From contig DBWC01000015.1 in assembly GCA_002308615.1 (NCBI GenBank), forward strand, positions 1-53,373: 53,373 nucleotides of DNA, written 5' to 3'. Shown here piece after piece: positions 6,878 to 14,112 of this stretch (the stretch's first letter is position 1; each line of letters starts with the position of its first letter). A program made the position numbers and the translations under genes. The notes beneath the pieces were generated by a model. It made no database searches. It saw nothing but the letters and a program-made list of their open reading frames with translations, and was not told the origin of the DNA. This DNA comes from Clostridiales bacterium UBA1248 (lineage in GTDB: Bacteria > Bacillota > Clostridia > Oscillospirales > CAG-272).

Positions 6878-9022
6878 TCAGTATATTTTCACGTCCGCGC
6901 CGTTTACGTATCTGAACAGCACGGCAACGTCTTTATTGTTCGGCTCTCCGTCGCCGTTCACGTCCACCGCGTAAACGTTTATTTCGACTTTCACGTTATT
7001 CAGATATCTGAACAGCAAAACGACGTCCTTATTATCGACGTATCCGTCGTCGTTCATATCTCCGGGGCTGTACAGCACAGGCTCTTTCGTCTTTTTCACG
7101 TCTATCATTCCGGTGCCAAGCGCGTTAAGCTCTGACTCATAGTCGTCGTCGATCTTGACTATGACGCGCAGGACGTGGTCTCCCTCGCCGAGCTTTTTGG
7201 TGTTGATCCTCGCTTCAAACCTGTAGCCTATGCCGCCGTTCGTATAAGGATCGAGCGCGGGATCGCGCGTCAGCGTTATGCTGCCGTCGAACACGGGCAT
7301 GCATCTGTTGAACGCGTAACCGATCTTTATCACCTCGCAGCTCACGCCGAACCAGCCTTTGATATACCACTCCGTTTCGGTCTCGTCCGTGAAGAAGCAG
7401 AGTTCTCTGCCTTCCGCGACGTCGCCCTCTCTGTCTATATATGAATTCGTGACCTTGCCTAAAACGGCGGGCGTTACATCGACCTCAAGCGGTTTTTCCT
7501 TGCCGTCGGACGTCATAAGTCCTTTGATAACGGTCCTCTCCTTTGCGTTCATCTCCGCCATTATCATAACGGAATGCTTGCCCTCGGTCAGCGCCTCGTC
7601 TTTGATCTCCGCTTTGAATCTGACCGCGTTTGTTCCCGCGTAATTGGTGACCGCGGCGTCGCCCGGCACGGTCATATCGAGCGGTATGATGCTCACGCCC
7701 TCCCATACCGTTTCGCCGCCGTCGATGCTGTAGCCTAAGCGGTTTATCTCGTAATTGCCGCCGAGCCATCCGAGCACGGACAGCGTCTGCTTGCGGTACG
7801 TCTGCGAATCTATGTAGGAATTTATTATTTTTGCGGCGTCCGTTCTGACGAGAACGTCCGGATGCGCGTTATATTCCGGCATTCCCTCGTAAACGGGTAT
7901 GAGGAACGTGTACGGCAGATCGACCATACCGTTTTCCTTGAATGAATTGTACGACGACGCAGCCATACCGATCGATCCGGTGATGCTCTGCATATACTGG
8001 CCCCAGAAGTTGCGCTTGGATCTCGGATCGACGTTGAATTTCTGTAAGTAAGGCGTGTTCTGGTAGTCGTTTACGTATTTGTTCGTCGCCGCGTACGCGC
8101 CGCCGTATATGGATTTCCAGTGCTTGTTCCAGGAAACGTCTCCGCCCCATTCCGCTTTTTTGTCGGGCGTTCCCTTTTTCGCCTCGTCTATGCCGTTTTT
8201 GTATATCTGGAAATATCCCGTGCCTGCCGAACCGATGTTGAAATAATTGTAATAGCCGTTATAGGATTTGAGCTGAGCCTCCGTATATCCGCTCGTCGGC
8301 GCGTTTATTATATGCCCGGCTGAATCCTTGCCCGTCATTTTATTTGAGTAATAATACCAGAGCTTATCTCCCACGTTGCCGTTTATCAGCGGACTCGTTC
8401 CCGCGGAGCCCTGCTCCGCGCGCACTCTTGACGCGAGATATACCGGGCTTACGCCGAGCTCCTTGCCCACGTCGTAAAAATACTGAGCGTAAGTCGTGTT
8501 TGAATACTTGTCGTCCAGCTTTTTGTTTTCCATGAACGTGCCTTTGAGCACGGCTTCTACCGCGGATAAAGTTATGCTGTCAGACCATTTAAGATCGTAG
8601 AACTGGAATATCTGCTCGTCAGTCATGAAATTGCGCGGATCCATAAAGTATTTCACCGTTTCGACCGACGCGCGCCACCAGCCCGAATCGTACTGCTGAT
8701 TTGACGGATGACGCCAGTTTTTATAAGTATCGCTGTTATATACGAGACTTCTCTTGGGATTTTCGTCCGTTTCCATATATATGACGTAATCCCAGGTGTA
8801 TTTGCCTCCGCTCATCTTCGTCACGTTGAGCGGCTCGAAGCTCCAGCTCGGGTGTCTTTCGTGAAGCGCCGCCAGCTTTTCGGCGTAATCCTCCGGAAAG
8901 CCCTTTGCTGTAAGCTCCTCCTTATACGTTTTGTCGTAAGCGGAAAAGGACACGGCGCTCACCGCCGACAGCGCCATCATCGCGGCAAGTATGAAGGAAA
9001 CGAGCTTTACTGATCTTTTCAT
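6878..9022 (-). CDS. Secreted GH73-like (N-acetylglucosaminidase-type) peptidoglycan hydrolase-like protein with Ig-like repeats and a C-terminal dockerin
   Basis: Signal peptide present. The region GVSPVYLASRVRAEQGSAGTS ... TPYLQKFNV resembles the glucosaminidase domain. The C-terminus carries dockerin segments DMNDDGYVDNKDVVLLFRYL and DVNGDGEPNNKDVAVLFRYV. Confidence 0.6.
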   Translation of the reverse strand: MKRSVKLVSFILAAMMALSAVSAVSFSAYDKTYKEELTAKGFPEDYAEKLAALHERHPSWSFEPLNVTKMSGGKYTWDYVIYMETDENPKRSLVYNSDTYKNWRHPSNQQYDSGWWRASVETVKYFMDPRNFMTDEQIFQFYDLKWSDSITLSAVEAVLKGTFMENKKLDDKYSNTTYAQYFYDVGKELGVSPVYLASRVRAEQGSAGTSPLINGNVGDKLWYYYSNKMTGKDSAGHIINAPTSGYTEAQLKSYNGYYNYFNIGSAGTGYFQIYKNGIDEAKKGTPDKKAEWGGDVSWNKHWKSIYGGAYAATNKYVNDYQNTPYLQKFNVDPRSKRNFWGQYMQSITGSIGMAASSYNSFKENGMVDLPYTFLIPVYEGMPEYNAHPDVLVRTDAAKIINSYIDSQTYRKQTLSVLGWLGGNYEINRLGYSIDGGETVWEGVSIIPLDMTVPGDAAVTNYAGTNAVRFKAEIKDEALTEGKHSVMIMAEMNAKERTVIKGLMTSDGKEKPLEVDVTPAVLGKVTNSYIDREGDVAEGRELCFFTDETETEWYIKGWFGVSCEVIKIGYAFNRCMPVFDGSITLTRDPALDPYTNGGIGYRFEARINTKKLGEGDHVLRVIVKIDDDYESELNALGTGMIDVKKTKEPVLYSPGDMNDDGYVDNKDVVLLFRYLNNVKVEINVYAVDVNGDGEPNNKDVAVLFRYVNGADVKIY

Positions 9023-9046
9023 GTCGTATGTACTCCTTAAGCGTTA

Positions 9047-9976
9047 TCAATACTGGTCTTTCTTCAAAAACCGCACGAGATCCGAAACGGACGGCACGGA
9101 CGAAACGTCTCCTCTGTTTGAAGACGCGTAGGCGTACGCCGCCGCCGCGCATTTTGCGGCTTTTTTGACGTTGCCCTCCGTTTTCATATAAGCCGAAACG
9201 AACGACGCGCCGTAAATGACCGACGCTCCGCTCTCGTCAAGATACGTGGACGGATATTCACCCGCCATATCGTGATGTATGCCGTCATATATGAAAGCGC
9301 CGCGGTCCGGTATGCGTATTATGTAATATTTCGCTTTTATATGAGACGCAAGCGCCATGGCGGCGGGCAGGAATCTGTCGTATTCATTAGGCTCTACTCC
9401 GCAGTAGGAGCTGACCTCGTTTGCGTCAAAGATCACCGCTTCAAATCTTCCCGGCAGCATTTCCGAATACCGCTCCGCGGCGGCGCACGGCTGCCAGAAG
9501 ACCGGCACGCCTTTTGAACGCGCCACGTTCACCGCGTACGACGAAAGCTCGTAGGGAAGCTCGTTTTGTATATAAAGCGCGTCCGGATATACCATAAAAG
9601 CGGCTTCTATATCGTCCTTGTCAAGGCGGCTGTTTGCCTGCGGAAATTTAATGCATCTCGGTCCGCGTCCGCTCTCGCAGACGGACAGATAAAGTCCCGT
9701 CCTGCTGCCGGCGCATTTTTTTATAAACCGTCTGTCCACTCCCGTGCGGGCAAGGAAATCCGTTATCTGTCTGCCGTATTCGTCATCTCCGACGGCGGCG
9801 GCAAAAATACTGTCAAGTCCGAGGGCGCGGAAAGTCAGCGCCGCGGTTATTCCCTTGCCGCCCGGCGCCGCCGTGTATCCTTCGCCTTCTCTTTCCGTCG
9901 ATCCGGCGGGCAGACTTGACATATGCGCGTCAAGACACATATATGCGGACGACAGTATCAAAATCCTCTTGTTCAT
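9047..9976 (-). CDS. PfkB-family (ribokinase-like) carbohydrate kinase
   Basis: 309 aa. GGKGITAA matches the GGKG.N motif region, and there is a C-terminal anion-hole-like DESGAS. Confidence 0.65.
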   Translation of the reverse strand: MNKRILILSSAYMCLDAHMSSLPAGSTEREGEGYTAAPGGKGITAALTFRALGLDSIFAAAVGDDEYGRQITDFLARTGVDRRFIKKCAGSRTGLYLSVCESGRGPRCIKFPQANSRLDKDDIEAAFMVYPDALYIQNELPYELSSYAVNVARSKGVPVFWQPCAAAERYSEMLPGRFEAVIFDANEVSSYCGVEPNEYDRFLPAAMALASHIKAKYYIIRIPDRGAFIYDGIHHDMAGEYPSTYLDESGASVIYGASFVSAYMKTEGNVKKAAKCAAAAYAYASSNRGDVSSVPSVSDLVRFLKKDQY

Positions 9977-10090
9977 CTTTTTCTCCGGAATATAGTTTTC
10001 GACATATAATAAGATTATCCGACGTTACCATTATACAACATTTTCAGTCTTTTGTAAATACATTATTCAAAAAAATGCACACCATTTACC

Positions 10091-10119
10091 TTGATTTTAC
10101 AAAGTAAATTATGTAAAAT
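10091..10119 (+). promoter_or_regulatory. Sigma-A-type promoter for the VanY-like gene
   Basis: TTGATT at 10091-10096, a 17-nt spacer, then TAAAAT at 10114-10119. Confidence 0.45.
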
Positions 10120-10171
10120 CTTTACAGACAGCAAAATTACGCGCATTCAGCGGAAAAGAAAGGCAGTTATA

Positions 10172-11089
10172 ATGGATATAAAAAGAGGTATCTGTCTTGT
10201 TCTCGCCGTTTTATCAGTGGCTTTGACCGCCTCCTCGTGCATCGTGCAGGAGCAGGGCGGAACGGACACGGACGACGTTTCGACAAACCGCCCGCAGATA
10301 ACGTCGCCCCAGCCGGACACGCTTGAGCCTTTGATCACAGCCGACACGGTCGAAACGGACGAAAAGACGGAAACGGAAACGGATAAAACGGATACGGTCA
10401 CGGAAGAACAGACGACAGAGGAAGAAACGCAGCCCGTATACGACGACCTCGGATTCAAAGCGGATCTGTCGGTGTATGAAAAATATATGGATCCGGAAGA
10501 CAGAGACGGTTATCTCATACTCGTAAATCCGGACAATCCCGTGGGTAAAGACTATAAGCCGACCGATCTTGAGCCGCTCGTTGACACGCGTCCCGACAGG
10601 AGCAAAAGATATATGCGTCTGTACGCCTCAAAAGCGCTTGAAGCGTTTTTGATAGAAGCGCGCGCAAACGGCTGCAAGGACGTTACCGTGACGAGCGCTT
10701 ACAGAAGCTATGAATCGCAGAAGGAAATATTTGACGGCGACGTTGAAAGATTCATGAAGGAGGGCTTGTCAAGAGAGGAAGCGATCGCAAAAGAACGAAA
10801 AGACACGGCGTATCCCGGGGAAAGCGAACATCAGACAGGCCTTGCCGTCGATATGCATAACCTAAGCTCCGCGCAGCTGAAATTCAAGGACACGTACGAG
10901 GCGCAGTGGCTTGCGGAAAACGCATGGAAATTCGGCTTTATACTCCGCTATATGCCCGGAAAAGAGGATATAACGACGTACACGTACGAGCCGTGGCACT
11001 TCCGCTACGTCGGCAGATACCACGCAAAACGCATATACGATATGGGTATGTGCCTTGAAGAATATATTGAATATCTGAAAACGGAATAA
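10172..11089 (+). CDS. D-alanyl-D-alanine carboxypeptidase, VanY/M15B family, probable lipoprotein with a Thr/Glu-rich linker
   Basis: The start was trimmed to ATG 10172 (MDIKRGICLVLAVLSVALTASSC), preceded by GAAAGG. Motifs SAYRSYESQ, GESEHQTGLAVD and EPWHFRYVG are present. Confidence 0.8.
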   Translation: MDIKRGICLVLAVLSVALTASSCIVQEQGGTDTDDVSTNRPQITSPQPDTLEPLITADTVETDEKTETETDKTDTVTEEQTTEEETQPVYDDLGFKADLSVYEKYMDPEDRDGYLILVNPDNPVGKDYKPTDLEPLVDTRPDRSKRYMRLYASKALEAFLIEARANGCKDVTVTSAYRSYESQKEIFDGDVERFMKEGLSREEAIAKERKDTAYPGESEHQTGLAVDMHNLSSAQLKFKDTYEAQWLAENAWKFGFILRYMPGKEDITTYTYEPWHFRYVGRYHAKRIYDMGMCLEEYIEYLKTE

Positions 11090-11090
11090 A

Positions 11091-11245
11091 ATATGCCGAT
11101 TTGGCAATAATACCTGCGAAAGGCAGATATTGCGGCATATAAACTCCTTCCGTTATGTCGATACCCGACATAACACCTCCCTCAAAGAGGGAGGCTTATC
11201 ACGGCTCCCTCTCCGAGGGAGCTGTCAGCTTGCTGACTGAGGGAG
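11091..11245. repeat. Run of five consecutive stem-loops, including three CTCCCTC/GAGGGAG units
   Basis: An imperfect hairpin spans 11091-11140. The others are GTTATGTCG/CGACATAAC at 11152-11174, CCTCCCTC-AAA-GAGGGAGG at 11176-11194, GCTCCCTC-TCC-GAGGGAGC at 11204-11222 and GTCAGC-TT-GCTGAC at 11224-11237. Confidence 0.6.
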
Positions 11246-11310
11246 TTTATCTGTATCACAATATCTGCGTTAACGCGGGTATTATTTTTTTCGAAAGGAT
11301 CTTATAAATT

Positions 11311-11754
11311 ATGGAAAACAACGTAAATCACAGTGACGAACAGGTGCTGACCGATATTTACAAAAGCTGTAAAATGGGGCTTGAATCTATCGCAAAGCTG
11401 ATGCCGGAAACGAAAGATCAGCAATTGAGACAACTGATGGGCAGCCATCTTAAAGAATACCAGGGCTTTGCGGCGCGCGCCTCTCAGTATCTGGCGGAGG
11501 CGGGCAAAGCGCCGGAGGACGCGGGATTTTTTGAAAAAATACCGTCAGAGGTCGGTATGGCGGTCAGCCGGATGATGGACAGCTCCGATTCAAAGACGGC
11601 ACAGATGATGATAAACGGCTACGTTATGGGAGTAACGGAGCTGAAAAAACAGCAGGCGGAGGTCACGGGCCTGTCCGAAAACGTCGTCACCCTCGTCTCC
11701 GATATGCTGTCCTTCCAGCTGCAGGCGATAAACGATATGAAGCAATATCTGTAA
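11311..11754 (+). CDS. Hypothetical all-helical protein; family not confidently recognised
   Basis: 147-aa ORF with protein-like composition, preceded by GAAAGGA. It ends 20 nt before the tRNA promoter. Confidence 0.55.
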   Translation: MENNVNHSDEQVLTDIYKSCKMGLESIAKLMPETKDQQLRQLMGSHLKEYQGFAARASQYLAEAGKAPEDAGFFEKIPSEVGMAVSRMMDSSDSKTAQMMINGYVMGVTELKKQQAEVTGLSENVVTLVSDMLSFQLQAINDMKQYL

Positions 11755-11774
11755 AATTTCTGCCTTAAACACCT

Positions 11775-11803
11775 TGACATATCGGCTTTTTTGTGATAAT
11801 ATA
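11775..11803 (+). promoter_or_regulatory. Near-consensus sigma-A promoter for tRNA-Gln
   Basis: TTGACA at 11775-11780, a 17-nt spacer, then TGa-TAATAT at 11795-11803. The tRNA 5' end lies 13 nt downstream. Confidence 0.65.
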
Positions 11804-11815
11804 TCCCTGTTCATT

Positions 11816-11893
11816 GGGATATAGCCAAGTCGGTTAAGGCACAAGACTTTGACTCTTGCACTGCGCTGGTTCGAATCCAGCTATCCCAGCCAG
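11816..11893 (+). tRNA. tRNA-Gln (anticodon UUG), with encoded CCA
   Basis: Acceptor stem is TGGGATA/TATCCCA. Anticodon stem is CAAGA/TCTTG with loop CTTTGAC. The T-arm is GCTGG-TTCGAAT-CCAGC, the discriminator is G, and CCA follows. The sequence resembles Firmicutes tRNA-Gln. Confidence 0.9.
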
Positions 11894-11894
11894 A

Positions 11895-11922
11895 AAACCC
11901 GATGCGAAAGCATCGGGTTTTC
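11895..11922 (+). terminator. Rho-independent terminator after tRNA-Gln
   Basis: AAAACCCGATGC-GAAA-GCATCGGGTTTT. Confidence 0.8.
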
Positions 11923-11928
11923 AACTAA

Positions 11929-12092
11929 ATCCGTCCTTACGGACGGGTTAAATCCACTGCGTGGATGAAATCGCTGCGCGATGAAATCCGCACTGACGTG
12001 CGGGATAAAGAGGACGGATTTAATTTCATCTGTCGCCATAGCGACAGATTTCATCCGGGCTTTGCCCGGATTTCACCGCGGCACCGCCGCGA
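11929..12092. repeat. Array of seven short near-perfect hairpins, mostly ATC...GAT, joined by GAA linkers in the left half and TTC linkers in the right half
   Basis: Hairpins lie at 11929-11950, 11953-11967, 11971-11983, 11987-12007, 12029-12050, 12054-12072 and 12078-12092. ATGAAAT recurs on the left and its complement ATTTCAT on the right. Confidence 0.75.
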
Positions 12093-12203
12093 TTTCATTT
12101 TTTGTTATTTCAAGCGTTTATGTTTATCGCTGAAGATCAAACTCAACTAATTCAAAATTTTTATGCGTTTTGCGCTTTTGCGATTTAGGGCGTTAAGCAC
12201 AGA

Positions 12204-12233
12204 AAAATCCCCGTCAATTGACGGGGATTTTTC
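12204..12233. terminator. Perfect 30-nt palindrome; bidirectional terminator-like hairpin
   Basis: AAAAATCCCCGTCAATTGACGGGGATTTTT, with an A-run and a T-run flanking a 10-bp stem. Confidence 0.6.
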
Positions 12234-12444
12234 AATGAAGTCGCCCTGCCCTCGGGGTCCCCGAAACGAGCTTGCCGAGTTTTGGGGAACGGGCCGACGG
12301 GGCTAATGAAGACGCTTCGCTAATGAAGAAATGAAGTCGCTCACTGCGTTCGCTAATTAAGGAACAGGGGGCGACTTCGCTTCATTAGGCGGCAAAGCCG
12401 CCGTCTTCATTAGGGCGTTAGCCCGTCTTCATTTCTTCATTAAC
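12234..12444. repeat. Mosaic palindromic repeat, copy B (forward CTAATGAAG blocks, then reverse CTTCATTAG blocks, separated by GC-rich hairpins)
   Basis: Forward blocks lie at 12234-12241, 12304-12312, 12321-12329, 12330-12337 and 12354-12362 (CTAATTAAG). Reverse blocks lie at 12381-12389, 12406-12414, 12428-12434 and 12436-12444. It is homologous to 96-183 plus 468-520 in inverted orientation. Confidence 0.7.
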
Positions 12445-12472
12445 TCCCATTCTCTCATTCCTCACATTATTT

Positions 12473-12501
12473 TGACTTAGTCACAATTATGTGCTATCAT
12501 A
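12473..12501 (+). promoter_or_regulatory. Sigma-A-type promoter with no annotated gene downstream
   Basis: TTGACT at 12473-12478, a 17-nt spacer, then TGc-TATCAT at 12493-12501. Confidence 0.45.
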
Positions 12502-12777
12502 AGATAAACACGCAGGGCGTCGGAACTGTCTGCGTACCTTGCAACGATGAAAAGTCACATTGCAGCAGAAAACCGCAGAACAGCTTGAAGAATATGTCGA
12601 AGTGTACGTTGTTTCAAAAGATTTCAACTGGGTGTATATGAAAACGCACGAGGGTGACTGCTGCGGACCGTATTTTATGAAGATATGATTTTTTTACAGT
12701 GGAAGATTAAGCCGATTTAAAACGTCCGGCATCCCCGCCTTCGCAATTGAGCGGAAGTCTTTAGTCACGTAATTCTA

Positions 12778-14031
12778 TTATCCGAGCTCAAAAATAGCTA
12801 CCCGTTGCGATTCGAGTATCAGCGGCGTCCATTTTTCAACAGAAAATGATTTGGCGCCGGGATATCTTTTGTATAATGAAGCGACAAAATCTTTTCCGGC
12901 AGTGAGAAATCCCTGCTTTCTGAAATCGTTTGCTTCAAACGGAAGACCCGCCCAGGTTCTTGTTGCGCCTATGGCGTATGTTTTCGCGTCGTTCCAGACC
13001 CAAAGGGGCGTAGGCCACAGCCTGATCGAATTTTCGATATCTATTGCCTTATAGAACTTCTCATTCGGACCGCCCTGACCGTGGTGACCCATTTGCACGT
13101 ATTCGGATTTCAGCTGCTCCGCACCGTATTTTTCCAACAGTCTGTCACCCTCCTGTGATCCGCAGTCTCCGGTAAACAGAACGGAGTGATCGCCGTATTC
13201 CATGCGAATTATGATACTTGTATCGTTTATATTAACCGAGTCCATACACCACGTGAGGAGCACACTGAATTTTACCCCGTCTATGTCTATCAAAAGACCT
13301 TTGTCTATCGCCTCCTCGGTTATTACGGCGCCGTTGATGAGGTTATAGTAATATTTGTCGTCTCCCTCGGGGGCGGTCCATTTGTCTTCAGGTATATCGG
13401 CGCCGCTGATGCCGCTGAAGCCGACTGTCGAATAATAATTCTGAAATCCTCTTATCAGCTTTGAATGCTCGGCGGGCTCATAATCTTCGTTTTGTTTGCT
13501 GTTCCATTCAACGCCGCATTCGGGAAAATCGAAATAGAAGTTGTTGATTTTGTAATTGTCTTCAGTTTTATACGAATCAAGCATTTTGGCAAGCTCGTAA
13601 TAATGGTCGCTGTGAATATGCGACAAAAACCATGCCTCAACTTCAAAGTAATCGCCTTCGCTCAATCCGAGAATGGCTCTTATTGCCGCGGGAAGGTACG
13701 GTTTTGCGTTGAAGCCCGTTCCGTAAATGCCGCCGTCGATCACTATGATCTTCCTCTCAGGCGTGACGACAACGTAACTCATCATCAGACTTGAAGATTC
13801 GGGCGCAAGCTGATACAGCTCGACTTTTTTCGGAACCTCGGGCTCCGGAGCGTCCGTCACAGTCTCGGTCTCTGCTTCTGTCGTTGTTTCCATAGTGTCG
13901 GTCTCCGTTATCTTTTTTGTTGTATTGTCGGACGAATCGGCCTGAGACTCCGGATTCTCCGAACAGCCTGCTGACGATAACACCGAGGCAAGGATCATCA
14001 GCATGGCTATAAGAACACTGATTATTCTCAT
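12778..14031 (-). CDS. Metallo-beta-lactamase-fold hydrolase, probable lipoprotein
   Basis: 417 aa with a signal and Cys (LSSAGC), a Thr/Glu-rich linker, and the HxHxDH motif (SHIHSDHYYE). Confidence 0.7.
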   Translation of the reverse strand: MRIISVLIAMLMILASVLSSAGCSENPESQADSSDNTTKKITETDTMETTTEAETETVTDAPEPEVPKKVELYQLAPESSSLMMSYVVVTPERKIIVIDGGIYGTGFNAKPYLPAAIRAILGLSEGDYFEVEAWFLSHIHSDHYYELAKMLDSYKTEDNYKINNFYFDFPECGVEWNSKQNEDYEPAEHSKLIRGFQNYYSTVGFSGISGADIPEDKWTAPEGDDKYYYNLINGAVITEEAIDKGLLIDIDGVKFSVLLTWCMDSVNINDTSIIIRMEYGDHSVLFTGDCGSQEGDRLLEKYGAEQLKSEYVQMGHHGQGGPNEKFYKAIDIENSIRLWPTPLWVWNDAKTYAIGATRTWAGLPFEANDFRKQGFLTAGKDFVASLYKRYPGAKSFSVEKWTPLILESQRVAIFELG

Positions 14032-14064
14032 TGTTTAACCTTTGTTTTTGTTGATATATGATAA

Positions 14065-14098
14065 ACGCACAAACTGCCTGAGGAGGCGGTTTGTGCGT
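14065..14098 (-). terminator. Stem-loop downstream of the surface-protein gene
   Basis: ACGCACAAAC (14065-14074) pairs with GTTTGTGCGT (14089-14098). On the minus strand it is followed by TTATCA, a weak U-tract. Confidence 0.4.
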
Positions 14099-14112
14099 TG
14101 TCTTTGTACTGA

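Noticed and set aside
11929-12092. CRISPR array
   Set aside because: The constant unit is only 7 nt (ATGAAAT/ATTTCAT). The apparent spacers are self-complementary hairpins of 9-18 nt, the orientation flips mid-array, and no cas genes are present.
11965-12150. 61-aa ORF (MKSLRDEIRTDVRDKEDGF...)
   Set aside because: It lies entirely within the hairpin array. Its codons merely reflect the repeated ATGAAAT/hairpin pattern, and it has no RBS.
11816-12777. Integrated mobile element at tRNA-Gln
   Set aside because: No integrase or other mobile-element gene is present, and I could not find a direct repeat of the tRNA 3' end downstream. The 850-bp region is non-coding repeats only.
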